63,525 bases of DNA from Candidatus Omnitrophota bacterium. GTDB lineage: Bacteria; Omnitrophota; Gorgyraeia; Gorgyraeales; Gorgyraeaceae. Of this stretch, positions 1 through 8,323 are shown piece by piece. Position numbers and translations under genes: made by a program. Within the stretch, counting starts at the first letter, position 1, and each line of letters opens with the position of its first letter. The DNA lies in assembly GCA_030691625.1 (NCBI GenBank), contig JAUYDX010000078.1, positions 1-63,525 on the forward strand, given 5' to 3'. The notes beneath the pieces are model-generated. The model ran no database searches. It was given only the letters and a program-made list of their open reading frames with translations, and was not told the origin of the DNA.

Positions 1-1272
1 TACAAAGTTTTTGGAGGGTTCGAGCCACCCGCCACTCCCTTTCTCTATCTCGCCCAATTTTTCCTTGAGTAACTGCTTATCATTGAGTATTTTTACTTTC
101 TTAATCTTATAATCTTCTTCTGATATTTCCTGTTCTACGAATAAATCAATAAGCCGCTCCATCTTTTTATCAAATTCAGATATTTTATCCTGCACCTGGC
201 GAGATAGAGAAAGAGAGGATTTACTTTCTTCATGCGCCAATAGCTCAAACCTATTAATCATTTTATTTTTAGTATCTTCATCTATAGATACTTTTGAGAT
301 TATTTTATCTATTTGAGAAAGTAAATCCTCTTCTCTCAGAAACTTTTTGCTTTCGCAAGAGCCAAGCTTTTTAGTGCAGTGGTAATAGGTATGGCCTTTC
401 TGCGTCTCGGCAGTAATACTTGCTCCACAGCTTTTACACTTCATAAGCCCGATAAAGGTAAATTTTATTACACCTTTTTTCATTGGCTTGCCTCGATTCT
501 CTAATGTTTCCTGGACAGTGGCAAAAAGTTTCTGAGAGATGAGTGGCGGGTGGCTCGCTTCATGCAGTTCGCCTTTTACAAGCATCATGCCATAGTAGAA
601 TGGGTTTCTTAAAATTCTTGCGAGTTCGCTTTTCCGGACAGGCTTGCCCCTTTTACCTATGAGCCCCAAGCGGTCTGTAACTTTCTTTAGTTCATCTAAC
701 GAATAATCTCCGTTCACATATAGCTCGAAGATTTTCTTAATAAATGGCGCCTTGTCAGGGTCTATGGCTATACTGTGATTTTTAATGTCATTTGTATATC
801 CAAGCGGCGCAAAGCCAGGATATTCTCCGCGCCTAATCTTCTGGCGGAAACCTCGTTTTACATTTTCAGAGAGATTATCTATGTAGTACTTACTCTGTCC
901 AAATGCGATAGATAGCATAAACTTACCTTGTGCGCTGTTGTCGAAGCGATAGGTAGGGAATCGTAGATCTACTAACTTGCCGGTATCCACTAGATAGATT
1001 ATCTTACCGCCATCCATAGAATTACGGGCAAGCCTGTCCGGGTGCCATGCCAAAATACCGCTTGTCCCATTTGACTCTATTTGTTTGATCATCAAATTAA
1101 ATATAGTTCGTCCTGGCTTTTTTGCTGTCTTAGCTTCTATAAATTCACCAGCTATCTCTAAGCCTTCACGCTTAGCATACTCATGTAGTTCGTTTAGCTG
1201 TGATTCAAGAGAGAGGACCTGGCGGTCTTCTTCATCAGTGGACTTGCGCGTATAAAGATAGTATTTTGGCAT
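1..1272 (-). CDS. large serine recombinase (resolvase-type catalytic domain + recombinase domain + Zn-ribbon); C-terminal end lies outside the window
   Basis: Not in the supplied ORF track because there is no stop inside the window. Manual minus-strand translation from ATG (1272..1270) gives MPKYYLYTRKSTDEEDRQVLSLESQ...ILAWHPDRLARNSMDG...FRQKIRRGEYPGFAPLGY...ELHEASHPPLISQKLF...CKSCGASITAETQKGHTYYHCTK...GSGGWLEPSKNFV, open through position 1. GGAGG lies 8 nt upstream of the ATG. Confidence 0.85.
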   Translation of the reverse strand, partial: MPKYYLYTRKSTDEEDRQVLSLESQLNELHEYAKREGLEIAGEFIEAKTAKKPGRTIFNLMIKQIESNGTSGILAWHPDRLARNSMDGGKIIYLVDTGKLVDLRFPTYRFDNSAQGKFMLSIAFGQSKYYIDNLSENVKRGFRQKIRRGEYPGFAPLGYTNDIKNHSIAIDPDKAPFIKKIFELYVNGDYSLDELKKVTDRLGLIGKRGKPVRKSELARILRNPFYYGMMLVKGELHEASHPPLISQKLFATVQETLENRGKPMKKGVIKFTFIGLMKCKSCGASITAETQKGHTYYHCTKKLGSCESKKFLREEDLLSQIDKIISKVSIDEDTKNKMINRFELLAHEESKSSLSLSRQVQDKISEFDKKMERLIDLFVEQEISEEDYKIKKVKILNDKQLLKEKLGEIEKGSGGWLEPSKNFV

Positions 1273-1313
1273 GGCACAACCCTCCAAAAACTTTTATGTC
1301 GCTCGGCAAAATA

Positions 1314-1347
1314 ATCTTTTTGAGATCCCGATATATCTCAAAAAGAT
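1314..1347. repeat. 13-bp perfect inverted repeat (ATCTTTTTGAGAT / ATCTCAAAAAGAT, 8-nt spacer) about 40 nt upstream of the recombinase start
   Basis: Read directly: 1314-1326 is the exact reverse complement of 1335-1347. Confidence 0.8.
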
Positions 1348-1501
1348 TTATTTATTCGCCTTTGGCGAATAGGAAACGCCTGCGGCTAAAAGAGACTTTT
1401 TAAAAATTATCGGCTCGAACTTTTTATTATTTGACCGAACCCTTTTTATTTCTTACAGTTATCCCTACCGATTTATCGCCGAAACAGACCCGACCGGAAA
1501 T

Positions 1502-1579
1502 TGGGGTGGATGAGGGGATTTGAACCCCCGGCCACTAGATCCACAATCTAGTGCTCTATCCAACTGAGCTACACCCACC
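1502..1579 (-). tRNA. tRNA-His (anticodon GTG), with extra G(-1) and encoded CCA
   Basis: The minus strand reads G-GTGGGTG-TA-GCTC-AGTTGGATA-GAGC-A-CTAGA-TTGTGGA-TCTAG-...-TTCAAAT-...-CATCCAC-C-CCA. This is a cloverleaf with anticodon loop TT-GTG-GA, and G-1 pairs with C73. Confidence 0.93.
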
Positions 1580-1587
1580 GCAAAAGG

Positions 1588-2520
1588 TCAGGATTTGCTG
1601 AGAAGTAAACTAAGTAAATTAGTCTGTAGATTATTAATGCTTATTGCTTTATCTTCGAAGTCAAAACCTACAATAAAACTCGCTATCAAAGGCATTGACA
1701 GTTTGCTGCCAGTGTCTTTTAATATTATATCATTAATCCTGCAAAAGCAATCAGCTTTTAGATCATTTCCAGAAACCAGGATTTTGCTGTTAAAGTTAAG
1801 GCTCCCTTTTTCAATATTTTGCCCCAGGTATTTCTGATACACAGGCCCGAGCGCTACCAGGCCTATGTCCTCAGCCTGAAGCTTTGCCTTTACAGTAAAA
1901 TCTCCGTTCACCCAGCCTTTTACGCGTAAAAGCGAAAGCGTATCTGAATTTTTATTTTTAAGAAACCCCTCCGCGCTGAATTTCAAAAGCCTGCCTGCTA
2001 TAAGATACGCGTAAGGGCTTTTAACATGGGCGTTTATTTTAACAAGCTCTATACCTGACCCGTCTTCTCCCTCGTAGATAACAGCGGCGTTCTCCACATC
2101 TATCCTGGAAACATAAAATACAGCCTTTGAATCCTTTTGAGACTGGTTTCGTTTTCCCTCAAGCTGCTTAAATCCGGCGAAACTATCATAGTGGCCTTTT
2201 TTTATTTTTATAACAGGTTCGAACACTTTTATGCTGGAGAATATGAACGTCTTTTTAAAAAATGCCGAAGCTGGACTCGGGTAAATATATACCTTGGCTA
2301 TGGTTATGGTGTCATTTATCTTTACGTCTTTCAGCTGGAGGCAAAGCGGAAAGCTTATCCTCATGTGGGCTATGGAAAGCCTAGCCCCGAAATTCTTTTC
2401 AAGCGCGTCTGCGACAAACGACTTCAGGTTCCTGGCTGTATAATCATAGCCGGCGAAAACCAGGTATATTATAAGAAATATACCTGCTAGAGATATAGTT
2501 TTTTTGAATAAGGGCTTCAT
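1588..2520 (-). CDS. hypothetical membrane-anchored protein (possibly AsmA-like)
   Basis: 310-aa ORF with an N-terminal hydrophobic anchor (ISLAGIFLIIYLVFAG) followed by beta-rich sequence. The AsmA-like call is an impression only and is not profile-verified. Confidence 0.55.
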   Translation of the reverse strand: MKPLFKKTISLAGIFLIIYLVFAGYDYTARNLKSFVADALEKNFGARLSIAHMRISFPLCLQLKDVKINDTITIAKVYIYPSPASAFFKKTFIFSSIKVFEPVIKIKKGHYDSFAGFKQLEGKRNQSQKDSKAVFYVSRIDVENAAVIYEGEDGSGIELVKINAHVKSPYAYLIAGRLLKFSAEGFLKNKNSDTLSLLRVKGWVNGDFTVKAKLQAEDIGLVALGPVYQKYLGQNIEKGSLNFNSKILVSGNDLKADCFCRINDIILKDTGSKLSMPLIASFIVGFDFEDKAISINNLQTNLLSLLLSKS

Positions 2521-2530
2521 TGATTAAATT

Positions 2531-2607
<77 letters not shown>

Positions 2608-2683
2608 GTTTCAATAATATAATGGTTTACCATGAACCCGAGCGAAAACTCTACCCCTTGCGGATAGCTTAGCGAGTGGTTCA

Positions 2684-2761
2684 TGGTCGGGGCGGCTGGA
2701 CTCGAACCAGCGGCCCCCTGCTCCCAAAGCAGGTGCTCTAAGCCAACTGAGCCACGCCCCG
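2684..2761 (-). tRNA. tRNA-Pro (anticodon TGG), CCA encoded
   Basis: The minus strand reads CGGGGCG-TG-GCTC-AGTTGGCTTA-GAGC-A-CCTGC-TTTGGGA-GCAGG-...-GCTGG-TTCGAGT-CCAGC-CGCCCCG-A-CCA. Confidence 0.93.
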
Positions 2762-2856
2762 CGCCAAAATCTTTTTGTAATTCTTAATTTTACCAGACTA
2801 TATATAAAAAAGCAATATATTTGGGTTGAATAATAGGCTATATATGATATATAATA

Positions 2857-4206
2857 TTGCCTATGCACAGAAAAAAACTACTGCTTAACCTGGTTATAAT
2901 AATCGCCTGCCTGGCAGTTGTATTGTTCTCTTTATCAAATATCTTCCTGCGCGTAAAAGCAAAGCCCATTCTGCAGGAAAAACTCACAGCTACCCTCAAA
3001 AGAAAAACAGAGATAGGCGCCCTGAAATTCAGCTTAAGAGGTATAGTCATAAGGAACCTGGTGATATGGAATGTTAAAAATGAACACCCCTTATATCATT
3101 TCAAGGAGCTGAGGATAAGGCCTTCTATCAGCGCGCTTATATTTGAAAAGAAGTTAAAATTCCGGAGCGAGCTCTCCCCCACTAAAAATTTCAAGGCCCA
3201 GATAGACGCCACCGGCAGTTATAATTTCAAGACCAGCGACCTTTTTATAAAGTACAGGCTGAGAAACTTACCATACGTAGGAGACCTGGGGACGCTCTAC
3301 GGCACTGTAAGGCTATACAAAAAATTAAAACTGGAACAGGGCGAATCCCCCACGGATTTGCTTGACATCACCATAACTTCTCCGCAGGTCCTCCTGGTGG
3401 CAAAATCAAGCATAATAAATAACCAGGGCAAGACAGAGATACGCGGGAAAATCTTCGCGCCCTTTATAAAAACGGATAAATATCAATTCCTCAATATCTA
3501 TTCTGACGCGGCGCTCGCGGGAGATAAGCTTTATTTCTACCATTTAGGCGCGCATCTTTATAAAGGCGCTTTCAGCATGGACTGCTACATAGACCTGGAC
3601 AATCCGATACCTCCTTTTACCATCAACGCCAATATCCATAATATGGATGTCCTTGATTTTTCCGCTAATTCCACGTTGGTGGACAGGGATATTAGCGGCG
3701 ACTGCAACGCAAATATAAAACTTAAAGGCGCTATAGGCGTGACAAACTCTATTTATGGAAAATCATGGGTGGAGATAAAGAACGCGAACCTGTGGGAAAC
3801 AGAACTTTTCAGAGGCGTTGCGAATGTATTATTTATTCCAAAATTACAGGAGGTGGTTTTCACAGACGCATTTGGCGCGATTCAGATAAAAAACAGCCGC
3901 TTCTACACTGATAATTTCAAACTGGTCAGCAAGGAAATGGAACTGGCTATAAAGGGAAGCCTTGGGTTTGATGACACTGTGGACGCAAGTTTTAAGATAC
4001 GTTTAAAAAAGGAACTGATACAGGAATCAGAGTGGTTCGCGAAGCTATCCAGCCTTTTATTAGAAAGCGCCGGCTGGTTCATGGGAAGCGTGAAAATATC
4101 CGGCACAACAAGAGATCCTGTCTACACGATCACGCCTGTAGGCGTAGGCAATATCCTCAATAAGGTTAAAAAAACTATAGACAAGGTGAAAGATATGCTG
4201 CAATGA
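2857..4206 (+). CDS. hypothetical membrane-anchored protein (possibly AsmA-like)
   Basis: 449-aa ORF and one of only two plus-strand genes. It has an N-terminal TM segment (LLLNLVIIIACLAVVLFSL) followed by a long beta-rich region. Confidence 0.55.
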   Translation: MPMHRKKLLLNLVIIIACLAVVLFSLSNIFLRVKAKPILQEKLTATLKRKTEIGALKFSLRGIVIRNLVIWNVKNEHPLYHFKELRIRPSISALIFEKKLKFRSELSPTKNFKAQIDATGSYNFKTSDLFIKYRLRNLPYVGDLGTLYGTVRLYKKLKLEQGESPTDLLDITITSPQVLLVAKSSIINNQGKTEIRGKIFAPFIKTDKYQFLNIYSDAALAGDKLYFYHLGAHLYKGAFSMDCYIDLDNPIPPFTINANIHNMDVLDFSANSTLVDRDISGDCNANIKLKGAIGVTNSIYGKSWVEIKNANLWETELFRGVANVLFIPKLQEVVFTDAFGAIQIKNSRFYTDNFKLVSKEMELAIKGSLGFDDTVDASFKIRLKKELIQESEWFAKLSSLLLESAGWFMGSVKISGTTRDPVYTITPVGVGNILNKVKKTIDKVKDMLQ

Positions 4207-4777
4207 TCTTGCGCGCCTGAGCAAGGGCCATTGACCTGTGGCTGATTTTATTTTTTTCGCCAGGCCCCATTTCCGCAAAGGTCTTTTTATAACCAGCCGG
4301 CGTGAATACAGGGTCATATCCGAAACCATTCTCGCCTTTAGATTCAAGCCCTATCTTTCCCTCGCATTTACCCTCAGCCACTCCTATGACCTTACCTTTA
4401 TCAGCTACGGCTATCACGCACTTAAAGCAGGCATTTCTTTTTTCAGGAGGGGCGTTTTTCAAAAGATTCAGGAGTTTTTCGTTGTTGCTTTTATAGGTGG
4501 CGTTTTTTCCTGAAAATCTTGCGGAGTAAACGCCTGGTTCGCCGTTTAGATATTCCACTTCAAGGCCGGAATCGTCAGCCACTGCAAGGCATTTTAAAAA
4601 CTTAGAGACCTCTATGGCTTTTTTTACAGCATTGTCCTTAAGGGTCTTTCCGTCCTCTATCACTTCGGGCGCGTCCTTAAACGAATCCAGGGAAAATACA
4701 TCTACCTTAAGCCCTTTAAGAAGCTCTTTTATCTCTCTTAGCTTATCTTTATTCCTGGTAGCTGCGACTAATTCCAT
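4175..4777 (-). CDS. rdgB: non-canonical purine NTP pyrophosphatase (RdgB/HAM1 family)
   Basis: 200 aa with ATRNKDKLREI at the N-terminus and a GFGYDPVF motif. Confidence 0.9.
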   Translation of the reverse strand: MELVAATRNKDKLREIKELLKGLKVDVFSLDSFKDAPEVIEDGKTLKDNAVKKAIEVSKFLKCLAVADDSGLEVEYLNGEPGVYSARFSGKNATYKSNNEKLLNLLKNAPPEKRNACFKCVIAVADKGKVIGVAEGKCEGKIGLESKGENGFGYDPVFTPAGYKKTFAEMGPGEKNKISHRSMALAQARKIIAAYLSPCL

Positions 4778-4778
4778 A

Positions 4779-5495
4779 TTATATTTTGATTAATTTTTTC
4801 TGCAGGCTTATAAGGTCGTCTATCCCGCCCTTCGCGAGGCCGACAAGATCGTTAAGGTCTTTTAAAGAAAAAGGATTTTTTTCAGCTGTGCCCTGGACTT
4901 CCACCATTTTGCCTGAGCCTGTCATAATGATATTCATATCCACTTCAGCGCCGGAATCCTCTTCATAATTAAGGTCCAGGCATTTTTCGCCTTTAACTAT
5001 GCCAACGCTCACAGCGGCCACATAATCTGACAGGGGCATAGAGGTAATCTTTTTCTGATCCTTTAGTTTTGCCAGGGCATCTGCCAGGGCTATAAAACTT
5101 CCCGTGATGCTGGCTGTCCTGGTTCCGCCATCTCCCTGTATGACGTCGCAGTCTATCCAAATAGTCCTCTCTCCCAGCTTTTTTAATTCAGCGATTGAGC
5201 GCATGCTCCTTCCTATGAGACGTTGTATCTCCTGTGTCCTGCCGCTCTGTTTTCCGCGCGAGGCTTCCCTGTCTATCCTGGACTGGCAGGAGCGCGGGAG
5301 CATGCCGTATTCTGCCGTGATCCAGCCAGAGCCAGTGTCTCTTAAAAAATGGGGGACTTTATCCTCCACAGATGCGCTGCATATAACCCTGGTGTTGCCC
5401 ATTTCAATCATGCAGGAGCCTTCCGCGAATTTCAGGACATTTCTTTTTATCTTAACTTTTCTCAGCTCGTCAAATTTCCTTTTATCGCTTCTCAT
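4779..5495 (-). CDS. rph: ribonuclease PH
   Basis: 238 aa with [13 protein letters not shown] and [18 protein letters not shown] motifs. Confidence 0.92.
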   Translation of the reverse strand: MRSDKRKFDELRKVKIKRNVLKFAEGSCMIEMGNTRVICSASVEDKVPHFLRDTGSGWITAEYGMLPRSCQSRIDREASRGKQSGRTQEIQRLIGRSMRSIAELKKLGERTIWIDCDVIQGDGGTRTASITGSFIALADALAKLKDQKKITSMPLSDYVAAVSVGIVKGEKCLDLNYEEDSGAEVDMNIIMTGSGKMVEVQGTAEKNPFSLKDLNDLVGLAKGGIDDLISLQKKLIKI

Positions 5496-5989
5496 AATAC
5501 CTCCGTTATTACAGGAAAATATTTTAATTCCAGTCTATATATTGCCTCAGGGCCTAGATCTTTATACGCTACGATTTTTGCCGACTTTACTTTTTCAGAC
5601 AGATACGCGCCTGCACCGCCTATTGTAATAAAATAAACCGCTTTATGTTTTTTTATGGCCTGGTTAACGTCTTTTGAGCGCTCGCCTTTACCTATCATGG
5701 CAATGAGGCCGTGTTTTAATAATAACGGTGTAAATGGGTCCATCCTGGCGCTCGTTGTAGGGCCGCACGAACCAATTATCTCTCCGGGCCTCGGAGGCGT
5801 AGGTCCTACATAATAAAGAGTCTCGCCTTTTAGGGAAACAGGGATTTTCTTCCCTGATTTCAAAGCCTCGAAAAGCCTTTTATGCGCGGCGTCCCTGGCA
5901 GTTAAAACCGGGCCGCTCAATAAAACCATTTCTCCTGATTTTAGCGTCTTTACTGCATCTTTTGTAAGAGGTAGAAATATATTTCTCAT
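5492..5989 (-). CDS. class I fumarate hydratase / Fe-S hydro-lyase, beta subunit
   Basis: Track ORF 5492..6166 trimmed to the Met at 5989 ([13 protein letters not shown]...). The 59 upstream codons only read through palindromic element P1. Motifs [14 protein letters not shown] and GPTTSARMD are present. Confidence 0.85.
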   Translation of the reverse strand: MRNIFLPLTKDAVKTLKSGEMVLLSGPVLTARDAAHKRLFEALKSGKKIPVSLKGETLYYVGPTPPRPGEIIGSCGPTTSARMDPFTPLLLKHGLIAMIGKGERSKDVNQAIKKHKAVYFITIGGAGAYLSEKVKSAKIVAYKDLGPEAIYRLELKYFPVITEVL

Positions 5990-5998
5990 ATTGTACCT

Positions 5999-6053
5999 CT
6001 GTCCAACTTCGCAAGTTGCCCAAACGAAACGGGCAACTTGCGAAGTTGGACAG
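5999..6053. repeat. palindromic element family P1 (CTGTCCAACTTCGCAAGTTGCCC ... GGGCAACTTGCGAAGTTGGACAG)
   Basis: 23-bp arms 5999-6021 / 6031-6053 with a 9-nt loop. It lies between the fumarase alpha stop and the beta start. Confidence 0.9.
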
Positions 6054-6054
6054 G

Positions 6055-6897
6055 TCATATTGTAGCTTCTGCGGTGCGGGTAGCGTGGCAACTTATATTC
6101 ACAGCTACTGGCAGGCCTGCTATATGCGTAGGGTAGGTGAGAACGCTGACGCCTAAAGCTGTGCATTTGCCTCCCATGCCCATTGGCCCTACCTTGAGCC
6201 TGTTTATTTTCTCGAGCAGGCTTTTCTCAAGCCTCGCGATATGCGCATTCTTACTGTGCTTCCCCAGAGGCCTGAATATAGCCTCCTTTGAAAGTAAAAC
6301 AGCTTTATCAAGAGTGCCGCCCATACCTATACCTAGATATACAGGAGGACAGGGCCTGGAACCAGCCTCCTTCACGGAGTTGACAACAAAGTCTTCTATG
6401 CTTGAAACAGGATCAGTGGGCCTGAACATCCTGGTTTTACTTACGTTTTCGCATCCAAAGCCTTTTACCGCAACCTTTATAGCGATCTTATTCCCAGGCG
6501 CTATATCAGTATAAATAATCGGCGGCAGGTTTGTCCCGGTGTTTTCTCTTATGAGCGGGTCATTAACCACTGAGCTCCTGAAATAACCCTCTTTATAAGC
6601 AAGCTCAACGCCTTTACTGACAGCCTTTTTAAGGTCTCCTTTTATCATCAGGGACTGGCCTATTCTCAGATATACAACAGCCATACCTGTGTCCTGGCAT
6701 ATGGCGAGCATCTTTTTTCTGGCGATAAACGCGTTCTTAATGATCACGTCCAGCGCGTATCTGGATTTTTTCCCAGACTCTTTCTTTCTGGCGTCCTTGA
6801 GGCCTTTAAGCAGATCAGGCCTTAAAGACGTATTCGCCTTTATGAACAAATCCCTTACTGTATCCTTTATTGATCCTGAATCCACTATTCTTATCAT
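6055..6897 (-). CDS. class I fumarate hydratase / Fe-S hydro-lyase, alpha subunit
   Basis: 280 aa with the CQDTGMAVVYL motif typical of FumA/TtdA-type alpha subunits. Confidence 0.88.
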   Translation of the reverse strand: MIRIVDSGSIKDTVRDLFIKANTSLRPDLLKGLKDARKKESGKKSRYALDVIIKNAFIARKKMLAICQDTGMAVVYLRIGQSLMIKGDLKKAVSKGVELAYKEGYFRSSVVNDPLIRENTGTNLPPIIYTDIAPGNKIAIKVAVKGFGCENVSKTRMFRPTDPVSSIEDFVVNSVKEAGSRPCPPVYLGIGMGGTLDKAVLLSKEAIFRPLGKHSKNAHIARLEKSLLEKINRLKVGPMGMGGKCTALGVSVLTYPTHIAGLPVAVNISCHATRTAEATI

Positions 6898-7565
6898 TTT
6901 ACACCTAATATTTTATGCGCCTGGGGTATGAATCTTACGTTATCCAGTTTAGCGCCTGATTCTTCCATAAACCTTTTATACGATTTTATTTTCTGTATTT
7001 TATCGCCAATCGTAACCGGCTGGAGTATAAAAAATATTCTCTTATTAACCCCTGCTATTATAGCTACTGCCTTTTTTATGTCCTGGAGCAGCGTATCTTT
7101 AGCTATAACTGACTTTACAAATACCTCTTTTTTCGCGGCCTCCTTAAGAAAATCCCTGTGCTCTTTCCATAAGGGCCTGTCTTTTGTGGAAGAAGGGAGC
7201 TTTATGTCCATGCTTATTATATCTAAAAAATCCATAATCTCCAAAAGTTTATTTTTTAACGTGCCATTGGTCTCGAGGTATATGACAAAACCCTTCTTTT
7301 TCAATTCAGGCAAAACCTGTTTTAAAAAATCCGCGTATAATAGCGGCTCCCCGCCTGTGAAAGAGACTACTTTATTTTTTTTCTTTATAACCGCCGTTAC
7401 GAGCTCGCCGGCTGAATATTCTTCAAATCTTTTTTTCTTCTGCTCGTCGCAGAACGCGCAGTTTAGATTGCACCCGTAAAACCTGACAAATGTCTGGGCC
7501 TGGCCAAGATAAGACCCTTCCCCCTGAATCGAACTGAATATCTCTACGATCTTAGCCTTTAACAT
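6894..7565 (-). CDS. queE: 7-carboxy-7-deazaguanine synthase (radical SAM)
   Basis: IFSSIQGEG and CNLNCAFCD (CxxxCxxC) motifs. Start trimmed to MLKAKIV (7565), preceded by GAGGTGG. Confidence 0.88.
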   Translation of the reverse strand: MLKAKIVEIFSSIQGEGSYLGQAQTFVRFYGCNLNCAFCDEQKKKRFEEYSAGELVTAVIKKKNKVVSFTGGEPLLYADFLKQVLPELKKKGFVIYLETNGTLKNKLLEIMDFLDIISMDIKLPSSTKDRPLWKEHRDFLKEAAKKEVFVKSVIAKDTLLQDIKKAVAIIAGVNKRIFFILQPVTIGDKIQKIKSYKRFMEESGAKLDNVRFIPQAHKILGVK

Positions 7566-7575
7566 AAACCACCTC

Positions 7576-7619
7576 AACCTCGTAGGTTGCGGCGGTGCTG
7601 CGCCGCAACCTACGAGGTT
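7576..7619. repeat. palindromic element family P4 (AACCTCGTAGGTTGC ... GCAACCTACGAGGTT)
   Basis: 19-bp perfect arms 7576-7594 / 7601-7619 with a 6-nt loop. It contains the queC stop codon and abuts the queE Shine-Dalgarno. Confidence 0.9.
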
Positions 7620-8239
7620 TTAAAGCCTTTGGAGCGGAGACGGCAGGCGTCGCATACGCCGCACGGCTTCTTACCGCCCTTATAACACGACCACGTAAGA
7701 TTAAAATCCACTCCTAAACTTCTGCCAAGACGCGCAATTTCCTTTTTTGTCTTGTATAATAACGGCGCGATTATCTTTATACCTTTTAGTTTTGTCGCCT
7801 TCCCAAACAGCTCATTAAACGCTTTGTAATACCCGGGCCTGCAGTCAGGATAGCCTGAAAAATCTACGGCGTTAGCTCCGATAAAAACAGCTTTCGCGCC
7901 GATTGCCTCTGCGTAAGACAAAGCGAAACTTAGAAAAATAGTGTTTCTGGCAGGCACGTACGTAGGAGGTATTTTCTCTTTTCCTGAAAGTCTTCTATTT
8001 TCAGGGACCTTTATATTTTTATCCAAAAGCGCGCTATTTTTCCAGGGTAAAGATATTTTTAAAACAACGCATGGGGCTTTTACGCTCCCGGCTATTTTCT
8101 TCGCGAATGATATTTCTTTTTTATGGCGCTGGCCGTAATCAAACGCAAGACAGTAAGGCGCATAGCCTTTCTGCTTCGCAATATAAAGAGTAACGGCTGA
8201 ATCCATTCCGCCGGAAAGTAAAACAATTGCTTTTTTCAT
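7610..8239 (-). CDS. queC: 7-cyano-7-deazaguanine synthase
   Basis: 209 aa with the SGGMDS PP-loop and a C-terminal CxxC...CGVCDAC zinc site. Confidence 0.92.
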   Translation of the reverse strand: MKKAIVLLSGGMDSAVTLYIAKQKGYAPYCLAFDYGQRHKKEISFAKKIAGSVKAPCVVLKISLPWKNSALLDKNIKVPENRRLSGKEKIPPTYVPARNTIFLSFALSYAEAIGAKAVFIGANAVDFSGYPDCRPGYYKAFNELFGKATKLKGIKIIAPLLYKTKKEIARLGRSLGVDFNLTWSCYKGGKKPCGVCDACRLRSKGFKTS

Positions 8240-8251
8240 ATTATATTTTAC

Positions 8252-8321
8252 TTCTCGATTCGTCCGCCTGCGGCGGACTCACTCGAAGAATATTGTTCGA
8301 GCGAGCGAAGCGAGTCGAGAA
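8252..8321. repeat. composite palindromic element family P3 (TTCTCGA ... CGAGCGAAGCGAGTCGAGAA)
   Basis: Terminal TTCTCGA/TCGAGAA plus internal hairpins GTCCGCC-TGC-GGCGGAC and CTCGAA-N8-TTCGAG. It lies between the queC start and the xerC stop. Confidence 0.85.
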
Positions 8322-8323
8322 CA

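Noticed and set aside
1200-1403. Plus-strand 67-aa ORF overlapping the start of the recombinase gene.
   Set aside because: It lies antisense to the strongly supported serine recombinase N-terminus and its SD. It has no recognisable motif and a low-complexity tail, so it is a by-product of the opposite-strand gene.
2611-3050. Minus-strand ORFs of 85 aa and 70 aa (2611..2868, 2838..3050).
   Set aside because: The first is read straight through tRNA-Pro (2684-2761) and the second lies in the promoter/5' region of the plus-strand gene. Neither shows coding features.
5990-6166. N-terminal extensions of track ORFs that run into palindromic elements: fumarase beta 5990-6166, queE 7566-7577, ilvC 26435-26488, mtnA 36195-36251, DUF362 37295-37339, ruvA 56339-56398, ruvC 56817-56849, hypothetical 58668-58721.
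   Set aside because: In each case the family-typical N-terminus begins at an internal Met with its own SD. The extra codons translate a repeat (recurrent artefact peptides such as GNLRSWT, TCEVGQ, LLQVSSC). Several also overlap the end of the upstream gene.
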